Part shown: positions 10,287 through 21,349 of the stretch, piece by piece
How the letters are laid out: the number at the start of each line of letters is the position of its first letter
Numbering within the stretch: position 1 is the first letter of the stretch
DNA from: Desulfomonilia bacterium
GTDB lineage: Bacteria > Desulfobacterota > Desulfomonilia > UBA1062
Length of the DNA stretch: 64,000 nucleotides
Assembly: GCA_050014195.1 (NCBI GenBank)
Contig: JBEKDT010000013.1
Span: 64,001-128,000, forward strand
Direction of reading: 5' to 3'
Notes under the pieces: generated by a model
Databases searched by the model: none
Told to the model about the DNA's origin: nothing
What the model saw: the letters and a program-made list of their open reading frames with translations, nothing else
Made by a program: the position numbers and the translations under genes

Positions 10287-12860
10287 ATGAATGAGATAAA
10301 CAAGCATCACGAATCTGTCGAAAAAGAGCTTTTGAACAATCAAACTCCATTTTCCATAAAGAATCCAGGTTTAAAATTGTTATACTTTCTTTTGGCATTA
10401 TTACCGGTAATTCTTGTCTTTGCCATATATGCCAATACTTTTGAAGGTCCATATATATTTGATGATTTGCCGAATATCACAGGCAACTATCATATTCGCC
10501 TTACCCAGATATCCCTTAAAGGCCTTATGGATGCGGGGTTTAAAAGTATTGCTTCAAACAGGCCGATACCCAACATCAGTTTTGCCCTTAATTTCTATTT
10601 TCACCAATACCATGTTTTTGGTTATCACCTGGTTAACATTATTATTCATCTCTTAGCAGGACTTTCCCTTTTTTTAGTTTTAAGAGAAACTTTAAGGATC
10701 AGCCTGAAAATACAGGCAGGCTCTTTTCCAGAATCAATAAAACCATCACTGCTGGCTTACATCGTAACAATTGTCTGGCTCGTTCACCCACTCCATACGC
10801 AGTCCATCACATATATTGTTCAAAGAATGAACAGCATGGCTTCTATGTTCTATGTATTGTCATTGTGGTTTTATATCAAAGGCCGCCTCACAAGCGGCAA
10901 TCGGAGATGGGGTTTCTTTGCAGGCTGTCTGATATCCGGGCTTCTTGCGTTTGGCTCTAAGGAGATGACTGCAACACTACCTATCTTTATATTTCTTTAT
11001 GAATGGTATTTCTTCCAGGATCTTGACAAGTCATGGATTACAAAAAAGATATTACCGGTCACATTCGTCTTGGTTTTATTATCATTGCTTACATTATTAT
11101 TTCATCCGCTGCTAGGTATTTTAGGAGGTTATAGTTTCAGGCCATTCACTCTTACGCAGAGATTATTTACCGAGTTGCGCGTAGTAATGCTCTACATCAG
11201 CCTAATCTTTTTCCCTCATCCGATGCGGCTTAATCTTGACTATGATTTTCCACTTTCCCTTTCTTTAGTAAATCCTGTTACCACGCTTTTCTCGTTTGTC
11301 TTTTTATTTTGTATTTTTGTTGCGGCAATTGTGTTGGCAAAGAAGGAAAGGTTGATTTCATTTTGCATACTTTGGTTTCTTGGTAACCTTGTTATAGAAT
11401 CATCCGTAATACCACTTGAATTAGTATATGAACATAGAACATATTTGCCATCAATGTTTTTTGTACTTCTTATTATCGTGGTATTTTATCGTTTCATCCG
11501 TATGGCAAAAGTAAGGATAGGAATTATTTGCATAATTGTTGTCATTTTCTCTGTATGGACATATCAGCGAAATACGGTTTGGAGCGATGAAGGTGACTTG
11601 CTGCGAGACATCGTAATGAAATCACCCTATAAAGCAAGATGTTATAATAATCTCGCTGCATCTTATATAAAAAAGTCAGAATATGAAAAGGCCCTCGATC
11701 AGCTTTATAAGGCGTTAGAACTCCCTAATAATAACGATTGTTTAGACCTTGTTTATGAGAACATAGGGCTTAGTTATCTTAATATGAAACAGTATGAGAA
11801 AGCGATATATTATCTAAACAAATCGATAGGAACAGTTGGCTACGATGCAAGGTTCAACCGTGCTCGGACATTACTTGGACTAGCCCTTGAAAAAACAGGA
11901 AGGGTTTCTGAGGCCATCGTTCAATATAAGGAGGCTGTCAAGGAATACCCGACTTCCCATGAAGCACAAAACTTTCTTGGTAAATATCTGGCAAAAAATG
12001 GGATGATTGAGGAAGGCAAGACTCATATCTTAGAAGCCTTGAGATTAGACCCTGCCTACAATGAAGCATATAATAATATTGCCAATATTCTTATACAAGA
12101 GGGCAAAACCGATGAGGCAATCAATTATTACAAGGAAGCATTAGCACATAATCCTCTTTATGCAGATGCATACTATAATCTTGGTATTGTAATGGCGGAG
12201 CAAGGAAGGGATATCGAAGCAATAGACTATTTCACTCATGCTATTCAGATAAGTAGATCATATTTCCCGAGTGCACGGGAAAATCTGGCAGTGCTTTTTT
12301 ACAAGAGGGGAGAATTACAGAAGGCCATTGAACAGTGCCGGCAGTTACAGCTTGCCAACCTTGCTGATGCAAAAGTTAAACAGATTCTCGCTGTCGCTGT
12401 TGATCGTAAAAATAAGATAGATACAAATATTAGCAAAGTACGCAATGCTGTTGAACGTAGCGCACAAGATCCTAAGTTATACTATCAACTCGGTGACTTA
12501 TTAAGAATGGAAGGCAATTTTGACGATGCAATTAAAAGCTATGAAAAAGCAATCTCATTTATGCCTGGTTTCTCTCAAGCATACCAACAGATCGCTATAG
12601 TTTATTCACTGAAAGGAGATAATAACAGAGCCGGATCGTATTTTCGAAAAAGCGTTGATATAGATCCTAATAACCCGGATTCATATTATAATTTAGCATG
12701 TTTGTATGCAAAGATGAACAATGTTGAAGAATCCACACGATGGTTGAAGATTGCAGTAGAAAAGGGGTTTCACAACATTGACTTGTTGAAAACAGATAGA
12801 GATCTCACAAACATAAGAAATACCTCATACTATAAGGAACTGATTCAACGCGGTGGTTGA
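10287..12860 (+). CDS. TMTC-like GT-C membrane glycosyltransferase with TPR array (paralogue 1)
   Basis: YIFDD after TM1, WLVHPLHTQSITYIVQR, SKE, YEHRTYLPS, then TPRs and YYNLACLYA end module. Confidence 0.8.
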   Translation: MNEINKHHESVEKELLNNQTPFSIKNPGLKLLYFLLALLPVILVFAIYANTFEGPYIFDDLPNITGNYHIRLTQISLKGLMDAGFKSIASNRPIPNISFALNFYFHQYHVFGYHLVNIIIHLLAGLSLFLVLRETLRISLKIQAGSFPESIKPSLLAYIVTIVWLVHPLHTQSITYIVQRMNSMASMFYVLSLWFYIKGRLTSGNRRWGFFAGCLISGLLAFGSKEMTATLPIFIFLYEWYFFQDLDKSWITKKILPVTFVLVLLSLLTLLFHPLLGILGGYSFRPFTLTQRLFTELRVVMLYISLIFFPHPMRLNLDYDFPLSLSLVNPVTTLFSFVFLFCIFVAAIVLAKKERLISFCILWFLGNLVIESSVIPLELVYEHRTYLPSMFFVLLIIVVFYRFIRMAKVRIGIICIIVVIFSVWTYQRNTVWSDEGDLLRDIVMKSPYKARCYNNLAASYIKKSEYEKALDQLYKALELPNNNDCLDLVYENIGLSYLNMKQYEKAIYYLNKSIGTVGYDARFNRARTLLGLALEKTGRVSEAIVQYKEAVKEYPTSHEAQNFLGKYLAKNGMIEEGKTHILEALRLDPAYNEAYNNIANILIQEGKTDEAINYYKEALAHNPLYADAYYNLGIVMAEQGRDIEAIDYFTHAIQISRSYFPSARENLAVLFYKRGELQKAIEQCRQLQLANLADAKVKQILAVAVDRKNKIDTNISKVRNAVERSAQDPKLYYQLGDLLRMEGNFDDAIKSYEKAISFMPGFSQAYQQIAIVYSLKGDNNRAGSYFRKSVDIDPNNPDSYYNLACLYAKMNNVEESTRWLKIAVEKGFHNIDLLKTDRDLTNIRNTSYYKELIQRGG

Positions 12861-12909
12861 TAGAACATTTATAAAATGAGCAGGCATATTCTCCCTAGAT
12901 GATAACACT

Positions 12910-15090
12910 ATGACACAAGGTGATTTACCTTATAGTTATACGAGAGCATGGATCTGTCCTTTTCTCATAATACTTATTTTCATAACACTTGCAGTGAAAT
13001 ATGCAGAACCTCTCAAGGATGGGGACCTTTGGTTTCAAATGGCTTATGGCCAATATTTATTAGAGAACCATACATTAGTACCCGACCATACAATCTATAG
13101 CTGGACTCCAACAGATGGAAAACAGATATACTGTGCATGGATAGCAGAAATTTTATTTTATACTTTATACAAAATTGGTGGTTTAAACCTTCTCTTTGCT
13201 TTCAGATATATATGTTTATTGGTTTTTCTTGTTTTCGTTATTCTTCATGCCCAAAGATACAAGGTTGCCCAAAATCCTGTTACTTGGCTGATCTGCCTGA
13301 TAGGGTCATTTATGATTCAGGCTGGTGTTCAAATCAAACCCGAAATATTCTCTTTATTATTCATGACCTTCACAGTATGGACCTGGTGGTTCGTAAAGAT
13401 TTCTCCTGAAAAAGGGTGGATGCGATGTTATCTATTCCCAGCAATTGTATTGGTCTGGGTAAACACCCATGGTGGTGTGATATTCGGCATCGCATACCTG
13501 GGCCTGCTTTTCATCGGAGAAGTATTGAATGGTTTCATATCTCAAAAGGAGAAACTTACATCAAAGACAAGAAAGCATTTTTTCATATCAATGTCTCTGT
13601 GCGTTATTGCCGTATTTCTTACCCCCTATGGATGGAGATATCCATATGATATAATCCAGAATTTTATTATAAATAGTGAATCTCAAGTTAGAGATTTCAA
13701 GACAGTCTTGGCTTATCAGACAATTTTCTTTCAAGGGGCAAGATGGCAGCATTATTTAGAATACTTCATTCTAGGAAGTGCAATCCTGGGTATTCTTTTA
13801 TGGCCAAGCCTTAAAAAGGGAAAGCTTGATTGGCCATTGGTCCTGACAAATATTGGTTTCGGATTTCTTTATATGGAATTTGTCAGAACTACCTACTTCT
13901 GGGGAATAATTTTTATATTCAGTGCAATATATCTCATTCATGACGGGTTTGTATGGTGGAGCAGGAATAAAGTCTTTTCAAAATATGCCACGATCATCAG
14001 TATCATTTTGTGTATAATCCTTTCTGGAAGAGAGATGATAGAATCAATTTGTAAACCATTATTCGGATTCTGGATCAATTATAACAGCCCTATAGAGGAG
14101 GCTGAATATATACGGAAAAACTTTGAAGGTCATCATATAGGTAATGATTATGATACAGGTTCTTATTTATTATGGTCTCTTAAGCCAGAGAAAAAGGTAT
14201 TTATTGATGCCCGTTATTTTCCTTATAAACCATGGTATCATGAATATGCTGAGTTTGAGTATGGAAGAAGTAAGAAATATAAAGATCAATTTATCAACAA
14301 GTATCGATGTGATTTGTGGTGTGTAACATATGATTTCCCTCAACTTTCTTATTTTCTAAAATCACCGGATTGGAAGTTGGTGCATTACGGCCCCGCGGCT
14401 TGTATTTTTGTTCGCAAGGATATGAATATAACCCAAGATGGTTTTGATCTAAGCAAGATTTCTCATGATAATTTACAACCTCATCAAGCATATAAACTCA
14501 TACATTTCTCATTGCAGGTCGGTGAGATAGACACAGCAGTTGCAATAGCCCAAAAAATAAATACCAGCTATTTCTGTCCCCAAAAGGAGAAGCTTATTGC
14601 TTATGCTTATATAGAATTGGGAGAGGCATTTTCAAGGAAGGGCTCTGTTGATAGATCCATAGAATATTACTTAAAAGCCCTGCATATCGGGAAAATCAAT
14701 GATCCTGAAATTTATAACAGGTTAGGCGGGTTATATTGTAAAAAGCAGGAATTTATCAAAGCCATTGAACAATATAACAAAGCATTAGCATATAAAAAGG
14801 ATTATACCCCGGCACTCCATAACTTGTCTGTTGTCTATTCACAGATGGGTAAATTTAACTATGCACTCTATTACCTGCAAAGAATGATCGAGTTGCAACC
14901 CAATGATTCTGAAGCCTATTACAATGTTGCCTGCATATATTCCAGGCAGAAAAAGGTTGATGAAGCAATCGATTGGTTGAATAAAGCTATAGAGAGAGGA
15001 TTTAACAATTGGAATCTTATGAAGTCAGATAATGATTTGGCCAATATTAGGCAATCATTGTACTATCAAAATATTATAAAGAATCATTGA
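12910..15090 (+). CDS. polytopic GT-C-like membrane protein with TPRs (different family)
   Basis: DGDLWFQMAYG after TM1, WVNTHGG, FIDARY, C-terminal TPRs and YYNVACIYS module. Confidence 0.65.
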   Translation: MTQGDLPYSYTRAWICPFLIILIFITLAVKYAEPLKDGDLWFQMAYGQYLLENHTLVPDHTIYSWTPTDGKQIYCAWIAEILFYTLYKIGGLNLLFAFRYICLLVFLVFVILHAQRYKVAQNPVTWLICLIGSFMIQAGVQIKPEIFSLLFMTFTVWTWWFVKISPEKGWMRCYLFPAIVLVWVNTHGGVIFGIAYLGLLFIGEVLNGFISQKEKLTSKTRKHFFISMSLCVIAVFLTPYGWRYPYDIIQNFIINSESQVRDFKTVLAYQTIFFQGARWQHYLEYFILGSAILGILLWPSLKKGKLDWPLVLTNIGFGFLYMEFVRTTYFWGIIFIFSAIYLIHDGFVWWSRNKVFSKYATIISIILCIILSGREMIESICKPLFGFWINYNSPIEEAEYIRKNFEGHHIGNDYDTGSYLLWSLKPEKKVFIDARYFPYKPWYHEYAEFEYGRSKKYKDQFINKYRCDLWCVTYDFPQLSYFLKSPDWKLVHYGPAACIFVRKDMNITQDGFDLSKISHDNLQPHQAYKLIHFSLQVGEIDTAVAIAQKINTSYFCPQKEKLIAYAYIELGEAFSRKGSVDRSIEYYLKALHIGKINDPEIYNRLGGLYCKKQEFIKAIEQYNKALAYKKDYTPALHNLSVVYSQMGKFNYALYYLQRMIELQPNDSEAYYNVACIYSRQKKVDEAIDWLNKAIERGFNNWNLMKSDNDLANIRQSLYYQNIIKNH

Positions 15091-15108
15091 AAGATATAGG
15101 GGGATACA

Positions 15109-15858
15109 TTGTATCGCAATAAAAAAGTTATTGTCGTAATGCCGGCATATGAGGCAGAGGAGACTTTGAAGAGGACTTATGATGAGGTGATGGCGCAGGG
15201 GGTAGTGGACCTGGTGATCATAGTGGATGACAATAGCAAAGACCAAACTGTCGAGATTGCCAAATCCCTTGCCGACACCATGGTTCACAAGCATAATAAA
15301 AATTCCGGTTATGGCGGCAACCAAAAGACCTGTTATAAACTTGCACTTCAACAGGGTGGAGACATTGTTATTATGGTGCATCCCGACTATCAGTATACCC
15401 CCAAGCTCATACCCAGTATGGTTTCGATGATCGGTAGCGGCCTGTATCACTGTGTGCTCGGTTCGCGAATCCTTGGCGGATACGCTCTCAATGGTGGAAT
15501 GCCCTTGTGGAGGTATGTCTCAAACCGGTTTCTCACATTTGTTGAGAATATCCTTATGAATGCAAAACTCTCGGAGTATCATACCGGTTATCGGGCATTT
15601 TCACGAGAGTTGCTTGAAAGGGTTCCATTTCAGAAGAACTCCGACGACTTTGTATTTGATAACCAGATGCTCGCTCAAATTCTCTGGTTAGGCTATACTA
15701 TTGCAGAAGTAAGTTGTCCCACGAATTATTTTGAAGAAGCATCTTCCATTAATTTTATGAGAAGCATCAAGTACGGTTTCAGTTGCTTAAATACTGCACT
15801 TTCTTTCAGGCTTGCCAGAATGGGGCTTATCAAATCCGCTCTTTTTACTTCTGCTTAA
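15109..15858 (+). CDS. GT2 DPM1-like polyprenyl-phosphate sugar synthase
   Basis: VMPAY, VDDNSKD, GYGGNQK, HPDYQY, LGSR, EYHTGYRAF; TTG start. Confidence 0.88.
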   Translation: MYRNKKVIVVMPAYEAEETLKRTYDEVMAQGVVDLVIIVDDNSKDQTVEIAKSLADTMVHKHNKNSGYGGNQKTCYKLALQQGGDIVIMVHPDYQYTPKLIPSMVSMIGSGLYHCVLGSRILGGYALNGGMPLWRYVSNRFLTFVENILMNAKLSEYHTGYRAFSRELLERVPFQKNSDDFVFDNQMLAQILWLGYTIAEVSCPTNYFEEASSINFMRSIKYGFSCLNTALSFRLARMGLIKSALFTSA

Positions 15859-15895
15859 TACTTTTTGCATTCAGAGTAGATTAAAGAGCGTACTC

Positions 15896-17779
15896 ATGAA
15901 TAAATATTGGATCAAGAGTATTATTGTCATAATCATCGCTGCATGTGTGTTTACAGCATATTGGCAAGTTAATGGATTTAATTTTGTTAACTTCGATGAT
16001 CCAGTGTACATAACTACAAACAAGGACATCAGACACGGGTTGACCCTCGATGGCCTTGAGTTTGCTTTCACCTGTGTTTATGCCTCCAACTGGCACCCCC
16101 TCACATGGATCTCCCATATGCTGGATGTTGAAATGTTCGGGCTTAATCCAGGCATGCATCACCTTACCAATGTGTTTCTTCACATCTTAAACAGCATTCT
16201 CTTGTTTCTTGTGTTCGAACGTATGACAGGTGCGATCTGGAGGAGCGCTGCAGTCGCAGCCCTGTTCGCGCTCCATCCTATCCATGTCGAGTCAGTAGCG
16301 TGGATATCTGAACGTAAGGATGTGCTGAGCACTTTCTTCTGGATGCTCACCATGTTGGCCTATCATTGGTATGTCATGAATAAAACAATCTCAAGATACC
16401 TTCTGGTAGCATTGCTCTTCGGGCTTGGACTTATGGCAAAACCCATGTTGGTAACGCTTCCCTTTGTACTGCTGCTCCTGGATTTCTGGCCGCTTAGGAG
16501 AAATGAACTCGCCTTTCGATTGATTGCGACCGATTCCAAGCATGAACAAAACATATGGTCTCATATAAACCTGCATGGAGCATTACCGTTGATTCTTGAG
16601 AAGATCCCTCTCATAATTATGGCCATCATAGCCGGCAGTGAGACTTTCTATGCACAGTGGGTAGGCGGGGCGGTAAATTCCTTAGGGCAAGTGCATTTAG
16701 CAATGAGGGTACAAAACGCCATTACCTCTTATGTGGCCTACCTCTGGAAAATGATATGGCCGATGCATTTGTCGGTTTTTTATCCATATCCGTGGCACTT
16801 CAACATCGCTGTCGTGGCTTCATGCCTTATATTCCTCACCGTAGTAACCTTTACTGTTCTTATTGTTGGAAAGAAAATGCCCTATCTTGCAACAGGCTGG
16901 CTTTGGTATCTGGGTACACTGGTGCCTGTTATCGGCATCATAAAGGTCGGCTCTCAGGCGATGGCTGACCGATATACCTATATCCCGCTCATTGGAATAT
17001 TTGTCATGGTTGTTTGGGGTTTAAGAGACATATTCTATAGATGGAGTTATGGTAAAGTTGCCCTTGGATCGCTGGCATTGATTATCCTGGCGTTGCTCAC
17101 TTGGGCAACATCAATCCAGGTGGCTACCTGGAAGAACAGTGAAATTCTGTTCAGTCATGCCCTGGCTGTAACCGGAGACAACTACTTAGCCCATGATAAT
17201 CTTGGGGTGGCTCTTTTTGATAGGGGTGATGTGGATGGTGCTATCAAACATTATAGGGAATCCATCAGGCTCAGAAAAAATTACGTGAATGCACAATGCA
17301 ACCTGGGGGTGGCACTGGCGAAGAAGAAGCAGTATGCCGAGGCATTTACCCACTATCGCGAATGCCTGAGGATCAAACCGGGATATTCAGAGGCATATTA
17401 CAACATGGGAGTAGCTCTTGCTGACCTTGGCAGGAAAGATGAAGCCGTCAAACAATACACAGAGGTCCTGAAGAACTATCCCCAGCATGAAAATGCCCAC
17501 AGAAATTTAGGCCTTCTGCTGGCTGAAAAGGGCAATTTTGATGAGGCAATAGCGCATTATTATAAGGCCCTTGATGCTAATCCTGACAACGTCGGGACAC
17601 GTATCAACCTTGCCGATTCACTATTGAAGCAGGGCAATATTGAAAGAGCACTGATTCAAATTGAAGAGGCTCTCAAAATCGATCCCAAAAACCTGAACCT
17701 GCATACAAAGTTCGAAGAGATTCAAATGAAGAAAAGAGGCTCTTGCACGACCTACAAAAATTTGCCGCCACCCAAGTGA
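15896..17779 (+). CDS. TMTC-like GT-C + TPR (paralogue 2)
   Basis: FVNFDDPVY, NWHPLTW, LFALHPIHVESVAWISERK, ADRYTYIP, TPRs; start moved to ATG 15896. Confidence 0.82.
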   Translation: MNKYWIKSIIVIIIAACVFTAYWQVNGFNFVNFDDPVYITTNKDIRHGLTLDGLEFAFTCVYASNWHPLTWISHMLDVEMFGLNPGMHHLTNVFLHILNSILLFLVFERMTGAIWRSAAVAALFALHPIHVESVAWISERKDVLSTFFWMLTMLAYHWYVMNKTISRYLLVALLFGLGLMAKPMLVTLPFVLLLLDFWPLRRNELAFRLIATDSKHEQNIWSHINLHGALPLILEKIPLIIMAIIAGSETFYAQWVGGAVNSLGQVHLAMRVQNAITSYVAYLWKMIWPMHLSVFYPYPWHFNIAVVASCLIFLTVVTFTVLIVGKKMPYLATGWLWYLGTLVPVIGIIKVGSQAMADRYTYIPLIGIFVMVVWGLRDIFYRWSYGKVALGSLALIILALLTWATSIQVATWKNSEILFSHALAVTGDNYLAHDNLGVALFDRGDVDGAIKHYRESIRLRKNYVNAQCNLGVALAKKKQYAEAFTHYRECLRIKPGYSEAYYNMGVALADLGRKDEAVKQYTEVLKNYPQHENAHRNLGLLLAEKGNFDEAIAHYYKALDANPDNVGTRINLADSLLKQGNIERALIQIEEALKIDPKNLNLHTKFEEIQMKKRGSCTTYKNLPPPK

Positions 17780-17801
17780 GTTGGAATTTACGGTTCATCA
17801 C

Positions 17802-18908
17802 TTACTGTTGAAGGGGTTCTTCTTTTGCTATGTTTTCTTGAGAATGCAACCCGGTCTGCATGATGTTCACCCCTATCACCCATGCAGATAATATCCCAAC
17901 GAAGATAAGTGGGATAACAGCTATGAAATGAAAGGTGAGAGCCAACCCTGCAGCCTCCGTTTTCGGTATCCCAAAAATCATCAAACCATAGATACCCCCA
18001 ACCTCCCAGATGCCCCAATACCCGGGCACCGAAGGTAGCATGATAAAAAAGCACACAATGATGATCGATGCGGAAGCCTGAAGAAAGGTAAGGCTTACCC
18101 CCTTGCAGCCAAATAAAAAGACATAGAATGATAAAAAGGTCAGAAGCCACACCCCAGCTGAAAGCAGAAGACAGGTCATGATCTTAGATGGATCTTTCAG
18201 AACCTCAAAACCGAGAGCGATGTTGTCAAGAATGGCATGAGACCTGGCATGAAGCCTTTCAGACAGGTGCTGTCTGAAATGGGTCGTTGTGAAGAAAAGC
18301 AATCGGGGAAACCAGGATATGCTCCGGCTGATTGCACGTCTGGTAATGGGTAACATGAATAGAAAGATAAAACCTAATAATATAAAGCTGGCAATAATGG
18401 TTTTTCCCCTTATATCTTGGAGTGTTTTTTGGTTTATTTGGTATCCGTTGAACGATAGGCTTAATGATGGGTCGATTTGAATACTTCCTATAATAAAGAT
18501 GAAGAACAAGAGCAAAGTAACGATATCGAAAATCCTCTCTACGGCAACGGTTGCAAGCACCTTCGAAAACTGAATGTTGTCTCTCTTGTAAAGTATGGCG
18601 GGCCTTGCAAGCTCGCCCATGCGACCGGGCAGGATGCAGTTGATGGTGAATGCGATAACAACAGGATGGAATGAATTCCAGAAGCCTATTTTTTTAATGG
18701 GTTTCAAGATCACCTTCCACCTCAGTGCCCTGACCAGATAGGTGGAGAGGGCTATGAGTGTTGCAGGGATGATCCACCAGAGATTTATCGTAGCTACATA
18801 GCCCAGGAGTTGCGCAAGAGGGACATTCCTGAAAGAGATGAAAATTGCCGTACCGGAGAAGGCAATGCCGATCATGAGTGAGAGTATGATTCTTCTATTC
18901 AGCTGCAT
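17802..18908 (-). CDS. lysylphosphatidylglycerol-synthase TM / UPF0104 (AglD2-like) putative flippase
   Basis: RALRW, NCILPGRMGELAR, VERIFD, PSVPGYWGIWE. Confidence 0.85.
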   Translation of the reverse strand: MQLNRRIILSLMIGIAFSGTAIFISFRNVPLAQLLGYVATINLWWIIPATLIALSTYLVRALRWKVILKPIKKIGFWNSFHPVVIAFTINCILPGRMGELARPAILYKRDNIQFSKVLATVAVERIFDIVTLLLFFIFIIGSIQIDPSLSLSFNGYQINQKTLQDIRGKTIIASFILLGFIFLFMLPITRRAISRSISWFPRLLFFTTTHFRQHLSERLHARSHAILDNIALGFEVLKDPSKIMTCLLLSAGVWLLTFLSFYVFLFGCKGVSLTFLQASASIIIVCFFIMLPSVPGYWGIWEVGGIYGLMIFGIPKTEAAGLALTFHFIAVIPLIFVGILSAWVIGVNIMQTGLHSQENIAKEEPLQQ

Positions 18909-19202
18909 TTCCCGTCACAGTCTTGATAAGCAATCTTAATACAGAAGAGAAACAGTGTTGGCAAATAAAATGGTGATGAGATAGATAGAAGATGAAAGGA
19001 AATATTTCTTCCGCATAGTGGACAGAGTATACATTATGAAAATTGGTGATAAAGAAATTAATATGTTAGCCCTAATAGACGTCAACGTTATAGTGTTCGC
19101 AAAATACATTTACAAGTGTGTATTATTAGTAAGTAACAACAAATCAGTTAAATGATACCTGAAATAGTTCCGAGAAGATGGTGTGAGTGAAAGGGGTGTT
19201 AC

Positions 19203-20321
19203 ATGAAAAAAGCCTTAATTACCGGAGTCACCGGCCAAGATGGAGCATACCTGGCTGAGTTTCTCATGGATAAGGGTTATATGGTACACGGCATCAAGAG
19301 GAGATCCTCAAGTTTTAATACCTATCGTGTTGACCACCTCTATCAGGATCCGCATGAGAAGGATGTACGGTTCATCATGCACTATGGTGACCTTACCGAT
19401 TCCACCAACATTATTCGCATCATCCAGGATGTTGAGCCTGATGAGATATATAATCTGGGGGCACAAAGTCATGTCCAGGTCTCCTTTGAGACCCCGGAGT
19501 ATACGGCCCAGGCTGATGCCCTTGGAACATTACGGGTTCTCGAAGCATTACGTATCCTTAAAATGGAGAAGAAGGTGAGGTTTTATCAGGCATCCACCAG
19601 TGAACTCTTCGGCAAGGTACAGAAGATTCCCCAGGATGAAGAAACACCGTTTTATCCCCGTAGCCCTTACGGTGTGGCGAAGCTTTACGCCTTTTGGATA
19701 ACAGTGAATTACCGCGAAGCCTATGGCATGTATGCATGCAATGGCATACTTTTTAATCACGAGTCCCCCATACGTGGTGAGACCTTTGTTACACGCAAGG
19801 TAACCAGAGCAGCCAGCAGGATAGCCCTGGGGTTACAGACAAGACTCTATGTAGGGAACTTGGATTCGCTTCGCGACTGGGGCCATGCAAAAGATTTTGT
19901 AAGAGCCCAGTGGCTCATGCTTCAACAGGACAAGCCTGAAGACTATGTAATCGCAACAGGAAAACAGTATTCGGTGCGACAATTATGCACACTCGCTTTT
20001 ACAAACGTCGGTATCGAGATCAATTGGCAAGGAAAAGGAGTTGATGAGAAAGGTGTGGTAAACTCAGTAACGCCCCTGGATGGGAAGAAAAATGTCAAAT
20101 CGGGAGATGTGGTTGTTCAGGTGGATCCACACTACTTCAGACCTACCGAAGTGGAAACTTTGCTTGGAGACCCGTCAAAGGCACGAAAGAAACTTGGATG
20201 GGAACCAGTGATTACCTTTGAGGAAATGATCGCCGAGATGGTGGAGCACGATATAAAAGAAGCCCAAATGGATGTCCTATGTAAAAACAGCGGGTATAGA
20301 GTGATGGAGAGGCATGAGTAG
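19203..20321 (+). CDS. gmd: GDP-mannose 4,6-dehydratase
   Basis: [38 protein letters not shown]. Confidence 0.97.
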   Translation: MKKALITGVTGQDGAYLAEFLMDKGYMVHGIKRRSSSFNTYRVDHLYQDPHEKDVRFIMHYGDLTDSTNIIRIIQDVEPDEIYNLGAQSHVQVSFETPEYTAQADALGTLRVLEALRILKMEKKVRFYQASTSELFGKVQKIPQDEETPFYPRSPYGVAKLYAFWITVNYREAYGMYACNGILFNHESPIRGETFVTRKVTRAASRIALGLQTRLYVGNLDSLRDWGHAKDFVRAQWLMLQQDKPEDYVIATGKQYSVRQLCTLAFTNVGIEINWQGKGVDEKGVVNSVTPLDGKKNVKSGDVVVQVDPHYFRPTEVETLLGDPSKARKKLGWEPVITFEEMIAEMVEHDIKEAQMDVLCKNSGYRVMERHE

Positions 20322-20395
20322 GATGTATTTCGAATTTAAAAATCCGAAATAGTAGCAAGTTGATCAGCACCACAACGTGTTATGAGTGAAAAGCA

Positions 20396-21343
20396 ATGGA
20401 TAAGAATGATAAGATATTTATTGCCGGACATGCCGGTCTTGTAGGCTCTGCGGTAAAACGGAAACTTGAGAGCGAGGGGTATGGGAATGTGATTGTTCGT
20501 TCCTATCCTGACCTCGACCTTACGAACCAGCAGGATGTCGAATCATTTTTCTCAAGCGAGCACCCTGAATACGTATTCCTTTGTGCAGCCAAGGTCGGGG
20601 GGATTCTCGCAAACAGTATCTATCCGGCTGAGTTTATCTACGAGAATATTATGATCGCTGCAAATGTTATTCATGCAAGCTATAGGCATGATGTGAGAAA
20701 GCTTCTCAACCTAGGATCATCCTGCATCTATCCGAAGCTTGCACCTCAACCGCTCACGGAAGATTACCTCCTTACCGGTGAACTGGAACCGACAAACGAG
20801 CCCTATGCCATTGCCAAAATCGCTGCCATAAAATTGTGCAGATATTACAATAAACAGTATGAGACCGATTTCATATCGGTCATGCCTACGAACCTGTACG
20901 GCCCGGGAGACAACTTCGACCTCGAAACATCGCACGTGCTTCCTGCCCTGATCAGGAGATTTCATGAGGCAAAAGAACAAGGGAAGCCTGCAGTCACTCT
21001 ATGGGGGACAGGCAAGCCTAAGAGGGAATTTCTCTATGTTGACGACCTCGCAGAAGCCTTAGTGTATCTCATGAGTAGATGTGATGCCTCGACTATAGGA
21101 GAGTTTGTGAACATAGGCGTAGGCAAAGATATGACAATAATGGAACTTGCTGTGCTCGTTAAAGGTATTGTTGGATATCAAGGAGATATACAGTGGGATA
21201 CATCCAAACCCGATGGAACACCCCAAAAGTTACTCGATGTAACAAGGATTGAGGGACTGGGATGGAAAGCCAGGATCGGTCTTAAAGAGGGCATTCAAAA
21301 TACCTATAATTGGTATTTAGGGAAGATGAACAGCTCAAGGTGA
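20396..21343 (+). CDS. fcl: GDP-L-fucose synthase
   Basis: AAKVGGI, GSSCIYPK, YAIAK, SHVLPAL, SKPDGTP. Confidence 0.96.
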   Translation: MDKNDKIFIAGHAGLVGSAVKRKLESEGYGNVIVRSYPDLDLTNQQDVESFFSSEHPEYVFLCAAKVGGILANSIYPAEFIYENIMIAANVIHASYRHDVRKLLNLGSSCIYPKLAPQPLTEDYLLTGELEPTNEPYAIAKIAAIKLCRYYNKQYETDFISVMPTNLYGPGDNFDLETSHVLPALIRRFHEAKEQGKPAVTLWGTGKPKREFLYVDDLAEALVYLMSRCDASTIGEFVNIGVGKDMTIMELAVLVKGIVGYQGDIQWDTSKPDGTPQKLLDVTRIEGLGWKARIGLKEGIQNTYNWYLGKMNSSR

Positions 21344-21349
21344 TATAAA

